A stretch of DNA of 64,000 nt from a virus: IMG/VR virus record IMGVR_UViG_3300025133_000033, one strand, 5' to 3'. Made by a program: the position numbers and the translations under genes. Positions 38,347-47,060 of this stretch are shown piece after piece. How positions within the stretch are numbered: position 1 is the first letter of the stretch; every line of letters starts with the position of its first letter. The notes beneath the pieces are model-generated. The model was not told the DNA's origin. It saw only the letters and a list, made by a program, of their open reading frames with translations, and did no database searches.

Positions 38347-40899
38347 CTAAGCACACTTCGAAAAGCCACATTGAGTACAGGTAATACATCCTTCTTGACG
38401 GATCAGACTCTCTTTTCCCTCGCATTCAGGACAAGCACAGTTTTCTTTAGCACCATCAGGGATGTATTTTTTAATGGCTCTAGCCATACTTTTCGCAAAG
38501 CATGTCATATCGCCCTTTACCTTCTCAAGCTGCTGTACAATCAGATGTATATCTGCACCATGTCGTAGACCTAGTGAGGTCATACGGGTCAAGGCATCTT
38601 CTTCAGCGGAACACGTTTGGTTTATTGGGGAAAGTTCTAAGCCGTCTTCTAAAATGGCCTTGTACACCCCTTTAGGTCTACCCAACTTTATTATAGTTCC
38701 ATTTAATACCTTTTTGTCTATGAATCCATTCTTACCCGCAAATACTTCATAAGGATCACCATTATATAATCCAACTAAAACGAAGTATGACTCGCCCTTT
38801 ACCTTAATGTGGTAGACATCACACGGTAATTCGCGGGGACGGTCGGGTGAAACGGTAGGTTTGATTTTGTCCTCGTTATCATCCAAAGATGATTCCGCAG
38901 CGAGAACAAAGGTCATGGTGCCTGCTCTATAGGTAGTAAAACCCTTGATACCATTTTTCCACGCCTTGGTATACACCATTTTAAAGTCATCATATGGGTA
39001 TTCTTTGGTCAGGTTAATGGTTTTAGAGATGGCAGAGTCTACCCATTTTGCGAAGATTGACATTGTATTAACATGGGCATCTACATCTAGCTCCATAGAA
39101 CATGATGCCCACTGAGCTTCAGGATTCCACTTGTCGAGCCCCTTCAGAATAGACACTCCATAGTCTTCGACCCACTCCTCTTTAGTTAGACCTCTATTAC
39201 GGTCAAACTTCCAGGTCTTATCTTCAAATGAAGTAGCTAAGAGATTTTCATCTCCTTCTTTTATCCATTTCCAATCAGTATGAGGGCTTCCGTTATAACT
39301 GTCTATATCAAACTTCTTGTTTTCCCAGCTCACATTTTTTGGAACAGCTAACCCTTCTGGAGGAACAGGCTGTATGGAAGTTCTGACATAACCATGCATA
39401 AATAAGGGCTCAAGACCACCGCTAACAAGGTTCGCGAAACACGAACTATTGCCGGTAGGTTGAATTGAGGTGACATGAGAATTTCTCATTCCATGCTTCT
39501 TAATCAATGCTATAGTTGATGGGTCAAGCTTCTCAATAAACTCTCCCCTTAAGTACTGTTCTTCATCATATAGGTCAAAAGACCCCTTCTCTTTTGCTAA
39601 TAAAGCAGATGCCTTGTACGCCTCATTGGTAAAGAATTCCATTAGTTCTTCTGTCATCTTCAACGCTTTTGGACTACCATATTTAACACGAGCCATGAGC
39701 ATAGCAGAGCCATAGCCCAAGACACCGAGACCAATACGTCGTTTGTCTTTCAGGTTTTTCTTTTGAGAAGACAATGGAACGTTTGTAATATCATTTACAT
39801 TATCCATAAACCTTACGGCTGTATGTATATTTTCCTTTAGCTCTTTCCACTTCCATTCTTTTGTTAACGGATCAATGAAGTGAACTAAATTAATAGAACC
39901 AAGTAGACAAACAGCACCTATAGGAAGAACTTGTTCTCCACAGGGATTGGTCGCATTTATCCATTCCAACCAGTGCAAATTATTCATGCGATTCATAGTA
40001 TCAACAAACAATACTCCCGGTTCGTTCCGGTTATATGTATTGCTCATGATAAGATCCCATAGCTCACGAGCCGAATCAAATTTATGGTGAACAACCAAAG
40101 GGTCTTTTGGTTCCTCTAGGCGTATGATAGAGTTGAATGACTCCGCTTTCTCTACGTTATCAACCCACCTCTCTATGCTCCCATCCCAGCCCTCTTTGTA
40201 TAGCTTTGGATATGCCTCATAGTTAGGAAAGACTAGCTCCCAAGGCTGATCGTTTTCTACAGCATTCATAAATTCATCAGTACATAGCACCGACATATTG
40301 AACTTAGTCAGACGACCAGGGGTTTTCTTGGCCTCTATAAACTCTAGAACATCGGGGTGCCAGCATGACATTGTTACCATCTGGGCACCTTTACGAATGA
40401 AGTTCTTTTCATTCTTATTTGACTTTTTATTTGAGCCAGCAGTAATAATTTCAGAAGACTTGTCCCATAGCTCTAAGAACTTAACTGAGCCAGGAGATTG
40501 GTTGGCTATGCCGTGAATATGAGACCCGCAAGGACGCATAATATCAGCACAGAAGCCATAGCCACCCTCTGACTTAAGGATTTGGGCTTGCTTTGTAAGA
40601 GTGCCGTAGATACCCTCTATGGAGTCTTTGTCTCGGCCTTCGAACCCATCAACGAAGCAGTTGATATAGGTCGTTCCTTTGATTCCGGTCCCAGCATTTG
40701 AGGTAATGCGACCGCCAGGAACAAATTTGAAATTTTCTAGAGCTTGATAGAATTTCTTAGTCCACTTTTCTTTATCTTTTTCTACCCCTGCTAGGTTGAC
40801 TGCTACTCTCTTCCATGTGTCCTCTACACAAGTATCATCCTTGAACTTATACTTCTGAAACCACGTCTCTTCCGAGAACGAATTGGTAAACGCACTCAT
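38347..40899 (-). CDS. nrdJ: class II (adenosylcobalamin) ribonucleotide reductase with a TSCPD/zinc-ribbon tail
   Basis: PGGR, NCF, RKGAQM, TNPCGEQ, CLLGSINL, QPTG, SAISKT, C-terminal CPEC...C..CGFSKC; no R2 subunit gene nearby. Confidence 0.9.
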   Translation of the reverse strand: MSAFTNSFSEETWFQKYKFKDDTCVEDTWKRVAVNLAGVEKDKEKWTKKFYQALENFKFVPGGRITSNAGTGIKGTTYINCFVDGFEGRDKDSIEGIYGTLTKQAQILKSEGGYGFCADIMRPCGSHIHGIANQSPGSVKFLELWDKSSEIITAGSNKKSNKNEKNFIRKGAQMVTMSCWHPDVLEFIEAKKTPGRLTKFNMSVLCTDEFMNAVENDQPWELVFPNYEAYPKLYKEGWDGSIERWVDNVEKAESFNSIIRLEEPKDPLVVHHKFDSARELWDLIMSNTYNRNEPGVLFVDTMNRMNNLHWLEWINATNPCGEQVLPIGAVCLLGSINLVHFIDPLTKEWKWKELKENIHTAVRFMDNVNDITNVPLSSQKKNLKDKRRIGLGVLGYGSAMLMARVKYGSPKALKMTEELMEFFTNEAYKASALLAKEKGSFDLYDEEQYLRGEFIEKLDPSTIALIKKHGMRNSHVTSIQPTGNSSCFANLVSGGLEPLFMHGYVRTSIQPVPPEGLAVPKNVSWENKKFDIDSYNGSPHTDWKWIKEGDENLLATSFEDKTWKFDRNRGLTKEEWVEDYGVSILKGLDKWNPEAQWASCSMELDVDAHVNTMSIFAKWVDSAISKTINLTKEYPYDDFKMVYTKAWKNGIKGFTTYRAGTMTFVLAAESSLDDNEDKIKPTVSPDRPRELPCDVYHIKVKGESYFVLVGLYNGDPYEVFAGKNGFIDKKVLNGTIIKLGRPKGVYKAILEDGLELSPINQTCSAEEDALTRMTSLGLRHGADIHLIVQQLEKVKGDMTCFAKSMARAIKKYIPDGAKENCACPECEGKESLIRQEGCITCTQCGFSKCA

Positions 40900-40912
40900 T
40901 TATTTCCTCCAT

Positions 40913-40955
40913 AAAAAAAGACCCACTCCGTATGCGTGTACAGACAGAGTGGGTC
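40913..40955 (-). terminator. terminator hairpin directly upstream of the nrdJ RBS
   Basis: GACCCACTC...GAGTGGGTC followed by T7, then GGAGG and ATG. Confidence 0.75.
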
Positions 40956-41195
40956 GTAATTTTTAAAAGCGACACGTATGATGGCTGAAGTCAGACTACT
41001 AGGGGTTAATTGTAAGTTTGTTGTTCATTAAAAGTAATCATCCAACCTGACGCTTATCATGGTAGCCTTACAACCATTCTAGAAATGATCGGGATGTGTC
41101 GCTTTAACGGTGAGAATTTGACTCGCTCGTTTCTTCCCGACCTCTATAATATACACCGTTACTCTACCAAAAAAAGTTACGCTCAACTTTTAAAA

Positions 41196-41723
41196 TTAAG
41201 ATTTGTACAAGTTTCTAATATCATACTCAGAAGAAACTGGAACTATGGTTCTTTTGATGCCCGCATGAACCAACATTTCTTTTGCAATAGCTAAGTTGTC
41301 ATCCCACTGCTTTCCCTTTCCGGTAAACTTAAAGTCTGTTCCTCGAACCTCGACAATCCCCGCCTGAATCACACCCCTAGTACAATCGGTGCATGGAGTA
41401 GGCTCAAACGGCAAGTACATAATGGAGCCCTCTAGACGAACACCTTTGCGGGCCGCGTTATAGATAGCATTACGCTCCGCATGTTCTGTAATGCTGTATT
41501 TCATAGGGCGAAGGTGATATTCTTTGATCTCGTCATCAAGACCACGCGGAAATCCATTAAAACCAATAGACAATACGGTGTTGTCTGGAGAAACTATAAC
41601 TGCTCCCAGCTTAGTACTCTTATCCTTTGATTTTTTAGAAGCATGTAGGCACATTCCAATAAAAAATTCATCCCATGACAGTTCTTTATTCATCCATATT
41701 TCCTTTGATTCTTTCTGACGCAC
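41196..41723 (-). CDS. dCMP deaminase
   Basis: SKD.STKLGAVI, GFNGFPRG, HAERNAI, PCTDC. Confidence 0.92.
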   Translation of the reverse strand: MRQKESKEIWMNKELSWDEFFIGMCLHASKKSKDKSTKLGAVIVSPDNTVLSIGFNGFPRGLDDEIKEYHLRPMKYSITEHAERNAIYNAARKGVRLEGSIMYLPFEPTPCTDCTRGVIQAGIVEVRGTDFKFTGKGKQWDDNLAIAKEMLVHAGIKRTIVPVSSEYDIRNLYKS

Positions 41724-41932
41724 TGACAGTAATTAATAGACTGAATTACAGAGCCTCCACGTCTAATAGTCCCTCCTCCAGTCCCCTGTTGTGAGCGAAC
41801 TACTCCCTTGCCAAAGCACTCCTTGCAGTTGCTCTTAGCATACATTTCTGCTACTTCTTCATCTACTTTAAATCTATAGCGAAAACTCTTTGATTCCTTG
41901 TCATCCATATCTTCCCCAATAAAAAAAGGCAA
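41690..41932 (-). CDS. small DnaJ-type zinc-finger protein
   Basis: CKECFGKG...CQC; likely start MDDKE. Confidence 0.5.
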   Translation of the reverse strand: MPFFIGEDMDDKESKSFRYRFKVDEEVAEMYAKSNCKECFGKGVVRSQQGTGGGTIRRGGSVIQSINYCQCVRKNQRKYG

Positions 41933-41967
41933 AGTACAAAACCCGTTAAGGAATTGTACTCTGCCTT
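41921..41967 (-). terminator. intrinsic terminator
   Basis: GGCAGAGTACAA...TTGTACTTTGCC followed by a T-run. Confidence 0.7.
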
Positions 41968-41986
41968 ATGCAGTTTCTCGATAGGA

Positions 41987-42337
41987 TTATTCGCGACCGT
42001 TTCGACGATCAATCCGGTCAAGGATCTCAACGCATCTTTCCATTGTGTTGGCTAGTAAGGCTTGGGTATGAGCCACTTCGCTAACAGTTTGTAAGATTTC
42101 TTTTTGAGTCTTTGTCCATGATCTAGGAACGTACCAAATAGGAGTCCCATCGCCGTCTACCTTGTCATGCATTTCATACAACCTATTCAAATACGATAAA
42201 GCCCTGTCTTTCTCTTCTTCTTGCCACCCATCACTAGGGAATAGCTTTTTAATGAAAGAGCTAACTACAAGGTCTAGTATCTTAACCAGGGCTATTGAAA
42301 TAGCAACTATCCCTCCAATTATTGCAGGATCACTCAT
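41987..42337 (-). CDS. N-terminal TM protein
   Basis: AIIGGIVAISIALVKIL. Confidence 0.55.
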   Translation of the reverse strand: MSDPAIIGGIVAISIALVKILDLVVSSFIKKLFPSDGWQEEEKDRALSYLNRLYEMHDKVDGDGTPIWYVPRSWTKTQKEILQTVSEVAHTQALLANTMERCVEILDRIDRRNGRE

Positions 42338-42369
42338 GATGATTTCCTCAAAGGAGTTAAAGGGCTAGC

Positions 42370-42963
42370 TTAAAATAGGGTCTTGGCTGCGTAGTCATCC
42401 TGTACTGGAGTTGGACTACCATCACGATAAACGAATTCACCAGGAATAGCAGCAGTTGGGTGAGCTGCATCATCAGTGGTGTTGGTTCTGGCATCATCAC
42501 CTTGATCGGCATCAGTTGCTTGATCCCAAATACCAGAGTTCGCAGTTTCAGGAAAGCCAGCTTCCCATACTCCAGAGAAATGATTCCAGTGATTTTCACG
42601 GATACCTCTCTTGTAGTATACGACAGCATTCTTGAATACAGTATGGATAGATTGACCATTCGCAGAGTTAGAAGCACCGGCCAAGAGAACATTGTTCGCA
42701 ACATTAGCGATATCGGTTGTCACCCGACGGATAACTTGGTCACCACCATTGAAAGGACCAGCACTCAAAATGCCACTTAATCCATCAACACCAGATACGA
42801 GGGTTGTTACGCGGTTTGGCCCACCCAATGCTGTTGCATTGAAGAAGGTTGAGTCTGCAACATTGCCACCATATCGAATGGTTCCAATGTCGTTGTCTCC
42901 AGATGTAGGCAGACCATTGGTTATTCCGTGGTCTATACCTAGCGAGATATTAAAATCAGTCAT
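42370..42963 (-). CDS. putative virion structural protein
   Basis: G/T/N/D-rich, no Cys, preceded by the GTGTA promoter-like motif. Confidence 0.45.
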   Translation of the reverse strand: MTDFNISLGIDHGITNGLPTSGDNDIGTIRYGGNVADSTFFNATALGGPNRVTTLVSGVDGLSGILSAGPFNGGDQVIRRVTTDIANVANNVLLAGASNSANGQSIHTVFKNAVVYYKRGIRENHWNHFSGVWEAGFPETANSGIWDQATDADQGDDARTNTTDDAAHPTAAIPGEFVYRDGSPTPVQDDYAAKTLF

Positions 42964-43008
42964 AATATTACTCCGACTTTTAGTCGTAGTGTCCCTTTAA
43001 TTCCAACA

Positions 43009-43653
43009 TTACAAGTCCTGTTCCTGCTTATATTTACACCAAAGGGATAGATTATACAGTCTAGCACCAAATAACTTAGATTTTTTAATTATTTCCATGT
43101 GTTCGGGGGTCCACATATACCCATTAAAGATGACGGAAAGGCTAGTTTGTTTCTCTACCATCTTTGCATTAAGTAGGTTATCAAAAAAATCGTCATGATG
43201 ATATCCAAGAGTAGGAAAGACTATCTCTACCCCTAGTTTCTCCAATTGACGAGAGAATGTGATGATATTACTGATATGATGATAGTCTAAAAATACCCTT
43301 AGAGTGGCCCCATAGTCCTTGCACATTGCCAGAGCAGTCTTAACCTCTTCGCTTACCTCAGTGAACTTATTGCGAACGAAATATTGGTTGGGTACGTAGT
43401 CAATGGCTGTGACGTTCGATTTAAGAGCAGTGAGCACAGCATGACTACGGGTCTTGGGGGAGCTATAGCCAGAAGGATAGTCTATGGCCGTAGCTAGGAC
43501 CGTTCCTGCTGGCATATATTCTTTCACTTCGCGAATCAGATGGATAGGTAGGGCTAAGCCCCCTAACCCTTTATCAACGGCCCCAAAGATATGGGTAAGC
43601 TCTTTGCCGTAATCATCTATATATTTATTGTAGTTGCAGTATTCAAAGTACAT
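43009..43653 (-). CDS. deoxyribose-phosphate aldolase (DeoC)-like TIM barrel, probably inactive
   Basis: IDYPSG, AIDYV, LRVFLD align to DeoC; no Lys at the KTSTG position. Confidence 0.55.
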   Translation of the reverse strand: MYFEYCNYNKYIDDYGKELTHIFGAVDKGLGGLALPIHLIREVKEYMPAGTVLATAIDYPSGYSSPKTRSHAVLTALKSNVTAIDYVPNQYFVRNKFTEVSEEVKTALAMCKDYGATLRVFLDYHHISNIITFSRQLEKLGVEIVFPTLGYHHDDFFDNLLNAKMVEKQTSLSVIFNGYMWTPEHMEIIKKSKLFGARLYNLSLWCKYKQEQDL

Positions 43654-44326
43654 GGCTTTTGATTGCTTCTAAGGACTCGTAGTTTTCTGTGCCCCATATG
43701 GCATCAGCAAAACCGTGACTTACAGCGTCCCCGGACGATAGCCACCAATCCTGTTTCTTCTCAAGCTTCTTAGCGATGTGGTTTTTGATTTGTCTTTCGC
43801 TCATTTCCTTATAGACAGCCCCATTTGCACATGCTCCCGCATATATGTTCATCATCTCTTTGCCTGTGATATCTTCCCAGTTTGCCCATGCCTTTGCCAT
43901 TCTGATAGAGAAGTCGGATTGAACATCTGTTGTCCCATCATGGATTAGCCACCAACAATTAGGCATATTTATGCGAAGGTCTGCTGCCTGGGGGATTATG
44001 CTGCCCATAGAAGCAGCTATACCATGCATAATTATAACTACTGGACAAGTGCATGTAGCAATAGCATCAAAGATCATCATACCCTCTGTCCACTCACCAC
44101 CAGTCGAATGCTGATGTACAATGATAGGTTTTTGATCGTCTATACGATCTAGCAAGGTCATATTTTTAACAAAGTTATTAGACATGCGATAATCGACACC
44201 AGGGTCACCATCATTGTCAAAACACGCATGTAAAAAAACTTCTCTTGACTCTAACAGGATATTAAAGCGATGCATCTCATCAACAATATATCCCTTTGAT
44301 ACCCTATCACGATTTTTTAGACTCAT
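43643..44326 (-). CDS. clpP: ClpP-family protease
   Basis: HSTGG, GIAASMGS, LIHDG, DWWLS..AV..GFAD. Confidence 0.85.
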   Translation of the reverse strand: MSLKNRDRVSKGYIVDEMHRFNILLESREVFLHACFDNDGDPGVDYRMSNNFVKNMTLLDRIDDQKPIIVHQHSTGGEWTEGMMIFDAIATCTCPVVIIMHGIAASMGSIIPQAADLRINMPNCWWLIHDGTTDVQSDFSIRMAKAWANWEDITGKEMMNIYAGACANGAVYKEMSERQIKNHIAKKLEKKQDWWLSSGDAVSHGFADAIWGTENYESLEAIKSHVL

Positions 44327-44810
44327 TTTTTAACGCCTCAAGAAGTGCCTCTTTTACTTTTTCCTTAACCTCATTATCCTGAAACATCTTTCCTACCGCT
44401 ATCCTAAAACGAAGCGGAGTTAGTATATCAACGGATTCTACGCCTAGAACATTTCCAATAACTTCGTAGTAGTGCTCCCATAATTTAAAGTTGGTATGTC
44501 CTACCCAAAACTTAAAGTGCTTGCTTGCAAAAGAATCTTCTGTTAGAGGCAGCACTCCAAAGGGGGTCATCATTGTTTTTATTTGAGGATTAAAAAAAGG
44601 TATATCCTCTTCATCGAAGTCGTCATTATAAGCAACAGGTTCTCCTGCCAGCATTGCATCTGTCTCTTCTTCAATCTCTTGAATCATTTTTTTTGTGTTG
44701 TCAATACCTTCATTGTTATAGGCATCAACCCAATGCTCCCAATAAACATCATTCCCTGATGGGTATGGTACAAGTTCACCATTAACAGTTAACTCATTGT
44801 GCTCGCTCAT
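44307..44810 (-). CDS. hypothetical protein
   Basis: 167 aa; FWVGHTNF...RFRIAVGKMF. Confidence 0.55.
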   Translation of the reverse strand: MSEHNELTVNGELVPYPSGNDVYWEHWVDAYNNEGIDNTKKMIQEIEEETDAMLAGEPVAYNDDFDEEDIPFFNPQIKTMMTPFGVLPLTEDSFASKHFKFWVGHTNFKLWEHYYEVIGNVLGVESVDILTPLRFRIAVGKMFQDNEVKEKVKEALLEALKNESKKS

Positions 44811-44819
44811 CTGCTCACC

Positions 44820-45773
44820 TCATACTGCGACTTTGCCAAAGTCTATTTTTGGATGGGGGTCGTAATTATTTAAACTATAATCCTCATGCGTCCAATTAAA
44901 GATATCAAAGCCACCATATGGGATCGTGATAGTCGGTAATCGTCTGGGGTCACGCTCAAGCTGCTGGACTGCACCTTTCATTTTGTCTTCATAGATATGA
45001 CAATCCTCTAAAATACCTACCAACTCTCCCGGTATTAAGCCACTTTCTTTACAAATCAACTCTAAAAGCAGTGCATAGCTGGCAATATTAAACGGTACTC
45101 CTAGCATAAGATCGCAGGATCTTTGCTTCCAACATAAATTTAATACACCATTGATATGAACTAAAGTAAAGGCGTAATGGCAGGGAGGAAGTGCCATCAA
45201 GTGTATTTGGTTAGGATTCCAGGCAGATATGACCATCCTGCGGTCGTCTGGATTAGTTTTTAATGTATTAATTACATTTTTTAGTTGGTCACACCCCTTC
45301 TCTATTCCGTTTACCGGCCAATCTAGAGAAGCTCTATCCCCAAAGTCTTCTGGTCCTGCGTCCCATTGTACAGGATAATGCTCATCAAAATTACGCCATT
45401 GATAGCCATATATAGGACCGAGATCATTGGCTATCTCCTGTACCATCTCTGTTGAGTAGTCTTCCTTAGTAGGATGAGCCTCCTTTAACTCTGCCTTCAT
45501 ACTCTCTACCGACTTAGGGTTTGCCCACTCGTTCCATATCTTACATCTCCGCTCCTGATACCATCCCTTACTTGTTATACCGTTGAGAAAGCCTTCTAGT
45601 TCGACAGCAATCCCATGCATATATGTTTTTTTGGTTGTTAAAAGTGGAAAACCGTCAGCCATATTATGTCTGAATACTTCACAAAAAGTGGTCTTTGCTC
45701 GCACTCCGGTACGATTCCCTTTCAAGTGTCCGTTCTCCATAACGTTCCGCACTATGTCAAGATACTGCTTCAT
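44820..45773 (-). CDS. thyA: thymidylate synthase
   Basis: NRTG, FPLLTTKK, LGPIYGYQWR, MALPPCH, QRSCD..LGVPFNIASY, DCHIY. Confidence 0.96.
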   Translation of the reverse strand: MKQYLDIVRNVMENGHLKGNRTGVRAKTTFCEVFRHNMADGFPLLTTKKTYMHGIAVELEGFLNGITSKGWYQERRCKIWNEWANPKSVESMKAELKEAHPTKEDYSTEMVQEIANDLGPIYGYQWRNFDEHYPVQWDAGPEDFGDRASLDWPVNGIEKGCDQLKNVINTLKTNPDDRRMVISAWNPNQIHLMALPPCHYAFTLVHINGVLNLCWKQRSCDLMLGVPFNIASYALLLELICKESGLIPGELVGILEDCHIYEDKMKGAVQQLERDPRRLPTITIPYGGFDIFNWTHEDYSLNNYDPHPKIDFGKVAV

Positions 45774-46243
45774 TCTTTTATGTTCCTAAAATCAAAAACT
45801 TGTGAGGGGTCAACTGCCAGCTTCTTTTTACCTTTCTCTGTACCACGAAGCTCCATTAGTCGTATCGCTACCTTCTCCATAAATTGCAATCTATGAATAT
45901 CTTCCTGTGCCCATACACTGAGAGCCTGATATACAAACTCTGCTATCTCTCCAGTCTCTATTCGAAGACAAGTACGAGCCAGTAGATCAGCAGATGTTTC
46001 GGAAGCATCCTCTACCGCTGCTGAGACATATAGCTGCCCATCCTTACAGCTATACTCAATACCTATCTTGCCATCGCACTCCTCGTCTTCTCCCATACGA
46101 GCATTATGACAATCAGTACATCGTGCTGAGGTTCCAGCCCAGTAGACAGGGTCGCAGGACTTACCACAGTCGGCACAATCTACGGAGGCAGGGGGCTTGG
46201 CATTATAATCAAAGATTAGTGATACTAACTTTCGCAAAACCAT
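45770..46243 (-). CDS. zinc-finger hypothetical protein
   Basis: CADC...CTDC. Confidence 0.5.
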   Translation of the reverse strand: MVLRKLVSLIFDYNAKPPASVDCADCGKSCDPVYWAGTSARCTDCHNARMGEDEECDGKIGIEYSCKDGQLYVSAAVEDASETSADLLARTCLRIETGEIAEFVYQALSVWAQEDIHRLQFMEKVAIRLMELRGTEKGKKKLAVDPSQVFDFRNIKE

Positions 46244-47060
46244 CTTGATCCTTTCCGCTTAAAAATGTCCCAATCTTACGTGCCACCCCTAATCGAAACT
46301 CTTGAGGTACTGAGCTATCGCTATAGTCGGTTGTTATATAAGAGCCATTAGCATAGGCGTTGGCTCCTGGGGTAGGTTCTCCCAAAGGTCTCGTAATGAT
46401 TGTGCCTTTTCGCAACACCTGAACCTTACCGCCCTTCATAACATCTGAGGCAAGAGGGTAGTGAGAATTGGTTAAATCAATGTTTACTACATCGTTTAGA
46501 AGAATACCTGCAACAGGCTCGTCTCCTTGTTGTAGTCTAACGCATTCTACTGGGCACTCAGGATGACTTATCCCATCGTAGGTTACTACAGAGCCTTTCT
46601 CTGCCACCTGATCCATAAAAAAGGATGAGTCCACCTCTCGAATATCTCTCTGTGCCCTTAAGCCTTTCGCCGTACCAGTGTCCCATAGATCAAGAGTTCC
46701 CGAAAGAGGAGAAACTCCATAGTTGTGGGTCGTCATAGGAGAGGGGCTGTCAGGACTATGTATCTCATGGATACAATCATCAAGGCTTTCATAATACTCA
46801 ATTTTAAAATCTTCGCCAAGAGGAAGAAGATTTCCCGACCCACCGTTTATGACCTTATTCTCTAGCCACTTTGGCCACTCTGTTCTAACTCCGTTAACGG
46901 AAGTTGTTTCGTCTGGAAACGTAGTCTTAGTATAGGTGACTGCGGCATCCTTTTCAATCGTCGCCTGCTCTATCGCTTCTACTTTTTTTACTAAAGGTGC
47001 TGCTGCTAGAGCACCAATGCCAAGTCCTAATTTTTTAAAAAAATCTCTGCGTCCTGTCAT
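46209..47060 (-). CDS. Tat-signal protein with a capsid decoration/cement-like C-terminal domain
   Basis: GRRDFFKK plus h-region plus VEA; SFFM...GILLNDVVNIDLT...KGGKV..LRKG...GTFLSGKDQDGFAKV. Confidence 0.6.
   Translation of the reverse strand: MTGRRDFFKKLGLGIGALAAAPLVKKVEAIEQATIEKDAAVTYTKTTFPDETTSVNGVRTEWPKWLENKVINGGSGNLLPLGEDFKIEYYESLDDCIHEIHSPDSPSPMTTHNYGVSPLSGTLDLWDTGTAKGLRAQRDIREVDSSFFMDQVAEKGSVVTYDGISHPECPVECVRLQQGDEPVAGILLNDVVNIDLTNSHYPLASDVMKGGKVQVLRKGTIITRPLGEPTPGANAYANGSYITTDYSDSSVPQEFRLGVARKIGTFLSGKDQDGFAKVSITNL

Noticed and set aside
40960-41110. Canonical cobalamin riboswitch upstream of nrdJ
   Set aside because: No recognisable GCCACUG/GGGAAG B12-box elements; kept only as an unknown structured leader.
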